NCBI GenBank assembly: GCA_947628475.1 | Contig: CANRAB010000003.1 | Coordinates: 3,636-35,635, forward strand | Direction of reading: 5' to 3' | DNA length: 32,000 bases | DNA from: an uncultured Clostridia bacterium | GTDB lineage: Bacteria; Bacillota; Clostridia; TANB77; CAG-508 | In this document: piece after piece, positions 23,085 to 32,000 of the stretch | Layout: each line of letters begins with the position of its first letter | Numbering within the stretch: the stretch's first letter is position 1 | Made by a program: the position numbers and the translations under genes | The notes under the pieces: generated by a model | Databases searched by the model: none | What the model saw: the letters and a program-made list of their open reading frames with translations, nothing else | What the model was told of the DNA's origin: nothing

Positions 23085-23755
23085 TTATAATTTTTTTATT
23101 AAGTCTGGTCTTTTCTTTTTAGTAATTTCTATTGATTTCTCTTTTCGCCACTCTTCAATTTTTTTATGATTACCGTGAAATTAATACATCTGGTACTTTC
23201 CTATTTAAAAATGTTTCTGGTCTTGTATATTGTGGATACTCTAATAAATTATTATTAAATGTTTCTTCTTTTATTGATTCTTTATTTATAACTCCTTCTA
23301 TATATCTTGATACTGCATCTACTAAAACCATTGCTGGAAGTTCTCCACCGTGTTAGTACATAGTCTCCTATTGATATTTCTTCTGGAGATATCTCATCAA
23401 TAACTCTTTGATCTATTCCTTCATAATGTCCACATATTAATATAAGATGTTCTTCATTACTTAGTTCCTCCACTTTTTCTTGATTTAATGTTTGTCCCTG
23501 TGGAGTTAAATAAATTACCTTTGCTCCCTCTTTGTAAACACTTTTATAACTATCATATACTACATCTGGTCTCATTACCATTCCAGCACCTCCACCATAC
23601 GGAGTATCATCTACTTTTTTGTGTTTATCTTTTGAGAAGTCTCTTATATTTACTAAGTTTATATCTATTTTTTTATTATCTAGTGCTCTACCTATAATAC
23701 TTTGCTTTATAGGTTCAAAACTGTCTGGAAAAAGTGTTAATATATCTATTCTCAT
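23085..23755 (-). CDS. trmD: tRNA (guanine37-N1)-methyltransferase TrmD, about 222 aa; requires two +1 frameshifts at CGG 23348-23350 and 23173-23175
   Basis: [16 protein letters not shown]...[10 protein letters not shown]...[12 protein letters not shown]...ISIGDYVLT + [58 protein letters not shown] + [29 protein letters not shown]. (671-2) nt divisible by 3. Confidence 0.97.
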
Positions 23756-24258
23756 ATCAAACCTTCCATTAAGTGTACTACTATTTTTTTATTTTTTGTA
23801 TCCACATTTTTTATTACATCCTGTATGGCTGGAAGTAAAATTTCCTTTCCAACACTATTTTTTACTGTGTAAACATCATTACTTCCTGTGGAGAAAACAT
23901 CAGTTACTTTTCCTAATAATTCATTTTCTTCTGTGTATACTTCTGAACCGATAATATCAACTATGAAGTATGAATCTTTTTCTAGTTCTACTGCATCTTC
24001 TCTTTTTATTTTTATATAGAAATTTTTATATTTCTCGGCTTCGTTAATATCATTTATACCTTCAAGTTTTAAAAGTACCATATTTTTTATATACTTTACA
24101 TCTTGAATTTTAAATTCTATTAATTTTTTTCCTACTTGTATATAAACATTTTTTAATAATTCAAATCTTGTAATATCATCTGTTAATGGTTTTACTTTTA
24201 AGTTTCCTTTTAAACCATTAGTATTTACAATTTGACCAATTTCTAAATATTCTTCCAT
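23752..24258 (-). CDS. rimM: 16S rRNA processing protein RimM
   Basis: IGQIVNTNGLKGNLKVKPLTDD, operon position; overlaps trmD start. Confidence 0.93.
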   Translation of the reverse strand: MEEYLEIGQIVNTNGLKGNLKVKPLTDDITRFELLKNVYIQVGKKLIEFKIQDVKYIKNMVLLKLEGINDINEAEKYKNFYIKIKREDAVELEKDSYFIVDIIGSEVYTEENELLGKVTDVFSTGSNDVYTVKNSVGKEILLPAIQDVIKNVDTKNKKIVVHLMEGLI

Positions 24259-24266
24259 AATTATAC

Positions 24267-24497
24267 CTAATCTATAAATTCTACTGTAACTTTTTTTTGC
24301 TCTTTAGCAGCTAGAGCTTTCATTACTGTTCTTATTGCAGAAGCAATTTTTCCTTCTCTACCAATTACTTTTCCCATGTCTGTATTTGCAACTTTTACTT
24401 CAAATACTATGTTTTTTTCTCCGTCTACTTCTGTTATAGAAACTTGCTCTGGAAATTCTACTAAATTTTTAATAATAGTTTCTAGTGTTTTCTTCAT
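24267..24497 (-). CDS. khpA: KH-domain RNA-binding protein KhpA
   Basis: DMGKVIGREGKIASAIRTVMKA, located between rpsP and rimM. Confidence 0.9.
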   Translation of the reverse strand: MKKTLETIIKNLVEFPEQVSITEVDGEKNIVFEVKVANTDMGKVIGREGKIASAIRTVMKALAAKEQKKVTVEFID

Positions 24498-24514
24498 GTT
24501 TTGCCTCCTTTTAA

Positions 24515-24742
24515 CTATTTTTCAATTAAGCGTTTTACTGTATCAGTTGGCTTTGCTCCATTTTTTATCCATTGTTCAACTTTTTCTTTGTCTAATACTA
24601 ATTCAGATGGTTCTACCATAGGATTATATGTTCCTATTTGTTCAATTATTTTTCCATCTCTTGGTGATTTTGAATCAGCAACTACGATGTGATAAAATGG
24701 AGATTTTTTCTTACCTACTCTTTGTAATCTTATTTTTACCAT
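24515..24742 (-). CDS. rpsP: 30S ribosomal protein S16
   Basis: [41 protein letters not shown]. Confidence 0.97.
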   Translation of the reverse strand: MVKIRLQRVGKKKSPFYHIVVADSKSPRDGKIIEQIGTYNPMVEPSELVLDKEKVEQWIKNGAKPTDTVKRLIEK

Positions 24743-24825
24743 TAATTTTTCCTCCTTTTATATATAAATTAAAATTAATAACTTTTTTAGAATATTTTAT
24801 TCCGTACAAAATTTGTATTTAAAAT

Positions 24826-26175
24826 TTATTTTAAATTTTTTAGTGAGTTTAGGTCTATACCTTTAAGTGCATTTTTCATGCCGCCCTTATTGTTTTGCAT
24901 TTTTTTCATTAATTTTTGTGTCATTTCAAAAGAGCTTATAAATTTATTTATATCTTGTACTGTTGTGCCACTTCCTTTGGCAATTCTTTGTCTTCTACTT
25001 GCATTTAGAAGTCTTGTGTTTCTCTTTTCTTTAGTCGTCATTGAACAAATAATTGCTTCAATTTTTACAAATTCTTTATCATCAATTTTAACATCACCTA
25101 ATTTGTTCATTCCTGGTATCATTTTTAGTATTGATGAAAATGAACCCATTTTTTTCATCTGCCTTAATTGTGATAAATAATCGTCTAAATCAAACTCTTG
25201 TTTTTTTAGTTTCTTTTCTAGCTTTAAAGCTTCTTCTTCGTCAAACGCTTCTTCTGCCTTTTCTATAATCGATAGCATATCTCCCATACCTAAAATTCTT
25301 GATGTCATTCTATCTGGATGGAATTCTTCTATATCACTTAGCTTTTCTCCTGTTGCTGCAAATTTTATTGGTCTTCCTGTTACTTTTTTAACGGAAAGTG
25401 CTGCACCACCACGGGTATCACCATCTAACTTCGTAAGCACTACACCATCTATTCCTAGGTTTTCATTAAAGCTTTGTGCAACATTTACAGCATCTTGACC
25501 TGTCATAGAATCTACTACTAATAGGATTTCGTGTGGTTTTACATTTGCTTTCACATTTTTTAGTTCTTGCATTAGTTCTTCATCTATATGAAGTCGTCCT
25601 GCAGTATCTAGTATGATTACATCATTTAGTTTTGAGTATGCTTGTGATATAGCTTGTTTTGCTATAAGCACTACATCTTTTGAGTTTTCGTTTGCAAATA
25701 CCGGAATGTTTAGCTGCCCACCAACTACTTGTAATTGTTTTATTGCTGCTGGTCTATATACATCGCAAGCTACAAGTAATGGTTTTTTACCTTGTTTTCG
25801 TAAAAGGTTTGCTAGTTTTCCAGCTGTTGTGGTCTTTCCAGAACCTTGAAGTCCAACTAACATTATTATTGTTGGTGGATTTGGTGTAAAGTTTATTTTG
25901 CTTGTTACTCCTCCTAAAAGTTCTGTCATTTCATCTCTTACAATTTTTACTACCTGTTGTCCTGGGGTTAATGATTTTAAAACGTCTTGACCTAAAGCTT
26001 TCTTTTCTACTTCTCCTATAAAATCTTTTACAATTTTATAGTTTACATCCGCTTCTAGCAACGCTAGCTTTACTTCTCGCAAAACTTCTTTTAAATCACT
26101 TTCTGTAATTCTTGCTTTGCCACCAAGTTTTCTAGTTATTGCTTGTAGTCTTGAAGATAAGCTTTCAAATGCCAT
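24826..26175 (-). CDS. ffh: Signal recognition particle protein Ffh
   Basis: MLVGLQGSGKTTTAGKLA, DTAGRLHIDEELM, TKLDGDTRGGAALS, GMGDM. Confidence 0.98.
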   Translation of the reverse strand: MAFESLSSRLQAITRKLGGKARITESDLKEVLREVKLALLEADVNYKIVKDFIGEVEKKALGQDVLKSLTPGQQVVKIVRDEMTELLGGVTSKINFTPNPPTIIMLVGLQGSGKTTTAGKLANLLRKQGKKPLLVACDVYRPAAIKQLQVVGGQLNIPVFANENSKDVVLIAKQAISQAYSKLNDVIILDTAGRLHIDEELMQELKNVKANVKPHEILLVVDSMTGQDAVNVAQSFNENLGIDGVVLTKLDGDTRGGAALSVKKVTGRPIKFAATGEKLSDIEEFHPDRMTSRILGMGDMLSIIEKAEEAFDEEEALKLEKKLKKQEFDLDDYLSQLRQMKKMGSFSSILKMIPGMNKLGDVKIDDKEFVKIEAIICSMTTKEKRNTRLLNASRRQRIAKGSGTTVQDINKFISSFEMTQKLMKKMQNNKGGMKNALKGIDLNSLKNLK

Positions 26176-26190
26176 ATTGTTTTCCCCCTT

Positions 26191-26538
26191 TTATACAACA
26201 CAGTTTAGTTCGGTTTTAATGTGTTCCAAAATTTCTGCTATTTGCTCATCAGTAAACTTTGTTTGAATTTTTGTAAGCTCAGATAAGATATTTGCTATTT
26301 TTTCTTCTTGCTTCATATTTTTTTTCATAATTCCTAGCTTTTCTTCAAATTCGAAAAGTTTATTTTCCCCCTTTTTTATTATATCTCTAACAGCTTGCCT
26401 AGTTATGCCTTCGTTCTCTGCTATTTCTGATAGAGACAAGTCTAGGTTATAATAGTTATCCATAATATTTAATTGTTTTTCAGTTAAAAGCTTGCCATAA
26501 ATCTCACAAAGCATACTAATTTCTACTTTTTTTTCCAT
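26191..26538 (-). CDS. ylxM: YlxM/p13-like helix-turn-helix protein
   Basis: LTEKQLNIMDNYYNLDLSLSEIAENEGITRQAVRDIIKKGE, upstream of ffh. Confidence 0.92.
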   Translation of the reverse strand: MEKKVEISMLCEIYGKLLTEKQLNIMDNYYNLDLSLSEIAENEGITRQAVRDIIKKGENKLFEFEEKLGIMKKNMKQEEKIANILSELTKIQTKFTDEQIAEILEHIKTELNCVV

Positions 26539-26777
26539 AACTATTACACCCTTTTAAATTTGTAATGCTATTCTACTTTACACTATTTTTTGCCATTTGT
26601 CAAGGGTTTTATGGAAATTTTTAAAAAAAGTGGTAATATCTAGCCATAATTTATTATAATTAAATAAATATACATGTTGTAAACATTTGCCTTTTTATGT
26701 AAAGTATGCTATAATTATTATTAGTTTAGCCTTTGGCTAAATAATTTAATTGCCCTTAGGGCGGAGGACATGACATT

Positions 26778-27059
26778 ATGAAGCTGAAAAAAATCTTCTT
26801 CAACGGCAAGGTTTGGCCGTTGGAATTGCATTGCGCAGATCCCTATGGTGGACACGTCTTTTTTATCGAATTTCCTAGAGATCTGTTCGCAAAGATACTT
26901 TACACTCGTCGCGGCTCTGAACTGGATTCTTTTGGTGAGCCTCTGCTTGAATCCACAATACACTACTACAGCGAATGTCCAGTTTGTGGGCGCATTCACG
27001 AGATTAGTGCAGAAAACATTCCGCCCGTAATCAGAGAACATATCAACATTCAAAGATAG
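26778..27059 (+). CDS. Small hypothetical protein with CPVCG zinc-ribbon-like motif and atypically high GC
   Basis: 93-aa ORF with GGAGG upstream, followed by a terminator; GC clearly above flanking genes. Confidence 0.6.
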   Translation: MKLKKIFFNGKVWPLELHCADPYGGHVFFIEFPRDLFAKILYTRRGSELDSFGEPLLESTIHYYSECPVCGRIHEISAENIPPVIREHINIQR

Positions 27060-27063
27060 GGCA

Positions 27064-27099
27064 ATAGAGCACAACCAACAGGCTGTGCTCTATTTTTTA
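27064..27099 (+). terminator. Rho-independent terminator
   Basis: Perfect 10-bp stem ATAGAGCACA / TGTGCTCTAT followed by a T run. Confidence 0.85.
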
Positions 27100-28692
27100 A
27101 CTATTTTCTACATCTTTGCTTTCTAAAAATTCATCATAAGTTATGTCTTTATCAAATTTCTTTTCTGGACCTAATTCTATTACCCTATTTGCTACCGTTT
27201 CAGTTAATTGATGGTCATGTGATGTAAATATTAGGTTTCCTTTGAATTTTTTTAAACCTTCATTTAATGCTGTTATTGCTTCCATATCTAAGTGGTTTGT
27301 TGGTTCATCAAATATTAGTAAGTTTGCTCCTGAAAGCATTAGTTTTGATAACACACATCTTACCTTTTCTCCACCTGATAATACATCTACATTTTTCAAA
27401 GCTTCATCTCCTGAAAATAGCATTCTTCCCAAGAATCCCCTAATATATGTTTCATCTGGATCTTTTGAGTATTTTCTTAACCATTCTACAAGTGTTTCCT
27501 TATTTTCAAACAAATAGTTATTGTCTTTTGGGAAATAATCGCTTGTTATAGTTTGTCCCCATTCTAGTTCTCCTTCATCTGGTTCTAACTCTCCTGCTAT
27601 AATTTGAAAAAGTACTGTTGTTCTTATCTCATTATCTGAAACTACTGCAATTTTATTGCCAGGTCTTACATTAAATGAAACATTATCTAATATTTTTTCT
27701 CCATTTATTGTTTTAGATATATTTTTTACTTTTAATATTTCTTTTCCTGGTTCTCTTTCTGGTTTAAAGTCTATATATGGGTATTTTCTGTTTGAAGCTT
27801 TTATTTCTTCTAATTCTATTTTTTCTAATGATTTTTTTCTTGAAGTTGCTTGTTTTGACTTTGAGGCATTTGCACTAAACCTTGCAATAAATTCTTGCAA
27901 TTCTTTTATTTTTTCTTCTTTCTTTTTATTTTGTTCTTTTGCCTGTTTTAATGCAAGTTGGCTAGACTCATACCAAAAGTCATAGTTACCCGGATATATT
28001 TTTATTTTTCCGAAGTCCACGTCTGCTATATGCGTACATACTTTATTTAAAAAGTATCTATCATGTGATACAACTATTACTGTGTTTTCAAAATTTATTA
28101 AAAATTCTTGTAACCATTCTATGCTTTTTATATCTAAGTCGTTTGTTGGCTCATCTAGCAATAAAATATCTGGATTTCCAAATAAACTTTGTGCTAGTAA
28201 TACTTTTACCTTGTCTTTTGCTTCTAATTCTTTCATTAATTTATAATGATTTACTGCTGGTATACCTAAGTTATTTAATAAAATTGCTGCATCTGATTCT
28301 GCATTCCAACCATCTAAATTACCAAATCTTTCTTCTAGTTTTGCAGCTTTTATTCCATCTTCTTCATTAAAGTCTGGTTTTGCATATAAGGCTTCCTTTT
28401 CTTTCATTATGCTGTATAGTTCTTTGTTTCCCATTATTACTGTATCTATTACTGAATTTTCTTCATATTCAAAATGGTTTTGTTTTAATACAGATAATCT
28501 TGCTCCTTTTTCTATTGTTATTTCTCCTTTGCTTGGTTCTATTTCTCCTGATAATACTTTTAAAAATGTGGATTTTCCAGCACCATTTGCTCCTATTAGC
28601 CCATAACAATTTCCTTTTGTAAATTTTATATTTACGTCTTCAAATAAAACTCTTTTTCCAAATCTTACGGTTACACCTATTGAATTTATCAT
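27097..28692 (-). CDS. ABC-F family ATP-binding protein, 531 aa
   Basis: Two Walker A (GANGAGKST; degenerate VVSDNEIRTT), LLLDEPTNDLD, LLIFDEPTNHLD-like and signature motifs; no TM. Confidence 0.93.
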   Translation of the reverse strand: MINSIGVTVRFGKRVLFEDVNIKFTKGNCYGLIGANGAGKSTFLKVLSGEIEPSKGEITIEKGARLSVLKQNHFEYEENSVIDTVIMGNKELYSIMKEKEALYAKPDFNEEDGIKAAKLEERFGNLDGWNAESDAAILLNNLGIPAVNHYKLMKELEAKDKVKVLLAQSLFGNPDILLLDEPTNDLDIKSIEWLQEFLINFENTVIVVSHDRYFLNKVCTHIADVDFGKIKIYPGNYDFWYESSQLALKQAKEQNKKKEEKIKELQEFIARFSANASKSKQATSRKKSLEKIELEEIKASNRKYPYIDFKPEREPGKEILKVKNISKTINGEKILDNVSFNVRPGNKIAVVSDNEIRTTVLFQIIAGELEPDEGELEWGQTITSDYFPKDNNYLFENKETLVEWLRKYSKDPDETYIRGFLGRMLFSGDEALKNVDVLSGGEKVRCVLSKLMLSGANLLIFDEPTNHLDMEAITALNEGLKKFKGNLIFTSHDHQLTETVANRVIELGPEKKFDKDITYDEFLESKDVENS

Positions 28693-28798
28693 TTTTCTCT
28701 CCTAAAATTTTATATATTATATTGACTTTTTGTAAGAATAATATTATAATTATAGAAAATAGGAAGCCACAAAATGTGGTTATCAATGGTTTATTAAT

Positions 28799-28832
28799 AA
28801 TCACATCTCTATTGGTCAGCAGAGATGTGATT
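28799..28832 (-). terminator. Terminator/hairpin overlapping the end of the 45-aa ORF
   Basis: Perfect 12-bp inverted repeat AATCACATCTCT / AGAGATGTGATT, 10-nt loop. Confidence 0.6.
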
Positions 28833-28946
28833 GTTCTTTATTATTAAAATTGTTACAGTTATTAGTAGAACAATTGCTATGAAAGTAAAAACTACATTTA
28901 CATAAAGTGATATTATTAATAATTGTAAGAGTGTTTTTTCTATCAT
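28809..28946 (-). CDS. Candidate 45-aa hydrophobic peptide (possible holin-like/type I toxin-like)
   Basis: AGAGAGGTGATGCTGT-ATG; MIEKTLLQLLIISLYVNVVFTFIAIVLLITVTILIIKNNHISADQ*; 3' end overlaps a strong hairpin. Confidence 0.5.
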   Translation of the reverse strand: MIEKTLLQLLIISLYVNVVFTFIAIVLLITVTILIIKNNHISADQ

Positions 28947-29067
28947 ACAGCATCACCTCTCTTTCTATGTAGAATTCGAGATGATAACCACAATCTGCTT
29001 TTTCCTATTTTCAGTTATATTATATATTTATTTTTTCAAAATGTCAATATTTTTTCAAACTTTTGTT

Positions 29068-30009
29068 TTATATCATATCTTTTTTCTTAAGCCAGATAAA
29101 TACGATTATTGCTATTATTACTGAACATACCATTAATATTGCAAATCCATACGGACTCGTATTAAATGGCAATTTAACGTTCATTCCCCATATACTAGCT
29201 ATTAATGTAGGTAATGATATTAATATTGTAAGTGATGTTAAAAATTTCATTACACCATTTAAGTTATTTGAAATTATTGATGAGTATGCATCCATTGTAC
29301 TTGTTAAGATATCACTATATGTTTTACTCATTTCTATTGCTTGCTTGTTTTCTATTATGGCATCTTCTAGTATGTCTTCATCTTCTTCATACATTTTTAG
29401 GATTTTACCTCTTAATGTTTTTTCCATTACTATCTCATTTGATTTTAATGATGTTGTTATATATATTAAACTGTTTTGCAAGTTTAATAATTGTATTAAA
29501 TCTTTATTTTGCATACTTTGTTGTAATAAAAATACTGTTGCTTCTTGCTCTTTGTTTATTTTTTTTAGGTTATCTAGGTAACATGATGAGTTTAAAAATA
29601 GTATTTGTAATAAGAATCTTGTTTTCTTATATGTATAAAAACTTTTTATTCTGTTTTTCTCAAATGTATCTATTACCTTATTTCTTTTTAATGATACTGT
29701 TATGAAATAGTCATCTCCAACAATTATTACACCTAATGGCATTGTCGTATATGTTCTATCATCTTTTATATCTTCTATAATTGGTACATCTATAACGAAT
29801 AATATCATGTTATCTTCAATATCAATTCTGGCTTGTTCTTCATAATCTAACGGGTATCTAATAAAATCTTCTTCTATATTTAATTCTGTGCAAACTCTTT
29901 TTATCTCCGACTCGGACGGGTTCACTAGATTTATCCATACTCCTCTTTTTATTTCTTCTACTTCTTCTATTTTTTGTGTTTCTATGTTTGTATTGTAAAT
30001 TTTTATCAT
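29068..30009 (-). CDS. corA: CorA-family Mg2+/divalent cation transporter
   Basis: C-terminal TM region with IWGMNVKLPF motif, YTTMPLGVIIVGDDYFITV. Confidence 0.92.
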   Translation of the reverse strand: MIKIYNTNIETQKIEEVEEIKRGVWINLVNPSESEIKRVCTELNIEEDFIRYPLDYEEQARIDIEDNMILFVIDVPIIEDIKDDRTYTTMPLGVIIVGDDYFITVSLKRNKVIDTFEKNRIKSFYTYKKTRFLLQILFLNSSCYLDNLKKINKEQEATVFLLQQSMQNKDLIQLLNLQNSLIYITTSLKSNEIVMEKTLRGKILKMYEEDEDILEDAIIENKQAIEMSKTYSDILTSTMDAYSSIISNNLNGVMKFLTSLTILISLPTLIASIWGMNVKLPFNTSPYGFAILMVCSVIIAIIVFIWLKKKDMI

Positions 30010-30356
30010 ATAACCCCTCCTCGCATTTTATAGATTAATATACTTTATTCTTTTATGTTAAAATATGCGCACTTATTAATTATAACACAAAATCCTTGTA
30101 TTTAACAAGGATTTTTGAAAATATAATAACGCTTTAATGTAAAAATTTTCTGGTCTTTTTGTCTATATGCAAGTTTGCAAATTTTTTTAAGTAGACTAAT
30201 ACATTTATTTTTTATAATAATCTCCCGAGTTTGCCACTTAATAACAAAAAAAATTTAAAAATTTGCAAGTAAACACTTGCTTTTTTTTATGTCTTAATAT
30301 ATAATCTTTTTGTCGGTATATAAGTATATGTTGTTATGCAAAGGAGTTTTTAATTT

Positions 30357-32000
30357 ATGTATGTAGAAGCTTTTAAAAATAATGGTATTGATTACCTAAG
30401 ATTAGTAGAAAGTAAAAGAGTTTTAGATTCTAAAGGAGTAAAGACTGCTAGAAAGTTTGTTGTATTAAATATTGGTCCTCTTTCAAAGTTTGATGATGGT
30501 AAACCAGAATATATAGAACGACTTAAAAAATCTTTTAAATCAGGAAATCCTATCATTTCTTCTTTAAAGCCATATTCCAATACTGAATCTTCTCCAATAG
30601 TTCATAAGTTTAATATTACTGAAGGTAGTCCTGATTGTTTTGGAAATTCTAAAATATTTTCAAATATTTTGTTAGAAAGTATCTTAGAAGAAATTGGTTT
30701 AATGAATCTTTTTGCCTCTTACAAAGGTTTTTCAAAAATTCAATATGATGTTTATGGTTTTGCTAAACTACTTATCTTTGGAAGAGTATTAAACCCTGCT
30801 TCGAAATGTGCAACAATAAAACAAAATGAAGAATATTATACGCCAATATTAAATAACTACAATCCTGACAATGTTTATGACACTTTAGATTTTATCTATC
30901 AAAATAAAGATAAAATCATTAAAAGAATTAACACAAATTTAGTAAAAAAAGCTAAACGTTCTCCTAAAGTAATTTATTACGATGTTACAAATTTTTACTA
31001 TGAAACTGAAAATATAGACGATGATATTTTAGATGAAAATGATAATATAATTCAAAAAGGTATGCGAAAAATGGGGGTTTGTAAAGAGGAAAGAAAATTA
31101 CCTATTGTTCAAATGGGACTATTTATGGATGACAATGGTATACCTATTTCAATAGAAACTTTTCCTGGAAATACATTAGATCATCTCACCCTGAGATCTG
31201 CTTTAAAGAATAATATAGATAATTTAGATTTTTCAAGATTTATCTTAATTTCAGATAGAGGTATATTTCAATATAGAAATTTACTAAACATAGTACAAGC
31301 TGGCAATGGTTACATAGTAGCTAAAAGTCTTTTAAAAAGTTCTCAACTAGAACGTGATTGGGCTTATGATGATAAAGGCTATTTTAAGGTAAGTGAGGAT
31401 TTTAAATATAAATCAAGAATTGTAAAAAGAACCATAAAAGATGAAAAAAATGTCAAACATACTATCGAAGAAAAGGTTGTAGTTTACTGGAGTAAAAAAT
31501 TTAAAAAAAGAGCAGAAAAAGAAAATAAGTCTTTTCTTGATTTTTTAAAAAAATTACAGGAATCACCTGAAAATTTTAGACTGACAGCTTTCCAAAATAA
31601 AAGTATAACAAAGTTTCTAAAAAAAGAATATCTTAATAAGGACACTGGTGAATTATTAAATTCTTCAGATATTAAACCTCTATTAGATTATGACAAAATT
31701 GAAACATATAAGAAAAGCTTGGGATATTATCAAATTGTGACTTCTGAATTAAAAATGAAATCAAATGAAGTAATAGACAAATATCATGGACTTACACAGA
31801 TTGAAGAACAGTTTAGAACAATGAAAAGCACATTAGAAACCAGACCACTTTATGTACGAACTCCTGAACATATAGAAGCTCATCTCTTGATTTGTCTTAT
31901 CGCACTAATAATGATTAGAATAATCCAAAAGAGAATTATTAATTCTAACCAAATAGAAACAAAAGAAGATGTATATTGGACAACAGGAGTTAACGCGACA
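30357..32000 (+). mobile_element. IS1634-like DDE transposase gene, truncated by window edge
   Basis: Open frame from ATG 30357 (SD AAGGAG): MYVEAFKNNGIDYLRLVESKRV...VIYYDVTNFYYETE...RFILISDRGIF...DKYHGLTQIEEQFRTMKSTLETRPLYVRTPEHIEAHLLICLIAL. Confidence 0.88.

Noticed and set aside
26721-27074. Minus ORF 26721..27074 (117 aa)
   Set aside because: Opposite the small plus-strand gene with good SD and terminator; no recognisable motif, though coding on either strand is not proven.

Overview
Low-GC Clostridia-like chromosome segment with mostly housekeeping genes on the minus strand: two surface-protein genes and a sortase, ispH-ispG, purB, mreCB, radC, sigE-spoIIGA-ftsZ-ftsA, a ZIP-family permease gene, the rplS-trmD-rimM-khpA-rpsP-ffh-ylxM operon, an ABC-F ATPase gene and corA. 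The plus strand carries galM, mecA, an MgtC-family gene and an edge-truncated IS1634-like transposase gene. The main observation is that seven minus-strand genes (large surface protein, ispH, mreB, sigE, ftsA, ZIP permease, trmD) appear broken, and all seven are restored by one rule. At every in-frame CGG codon (10 found), the reading frame moves +1, the C is skipped, and GGN is read as a single Gly. Restored junctions match textbook motifs: MreB ML|GRTPKEI, SigE ML|[12 protein letters not shown], TrmD LT|[15 protein letters not shown] and LIS|[10 protein letters not shown], FtsA EVEA|GSSIKI, IspH LT|GKGIKFIDNIEEA. By hand scan I found no in-frame CGG read as ordinary Arg in any annotated gene, whereas CGG in the two other codon registers occurs about 35 times with no frame disruption. 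CGA, CGT and CGC look like normal Arg. I interpret this as a possible genome-wide recoding system: CGG as an unassigned or +1-shifting codon, or CGGN as a quadruplet Gly codon. TrmD, the m1G37 enzyme known to suppress +1 frameshifting, would itself need two of these shifts. The mechanism is inference; the frame pattern is visible directly in the sequence.
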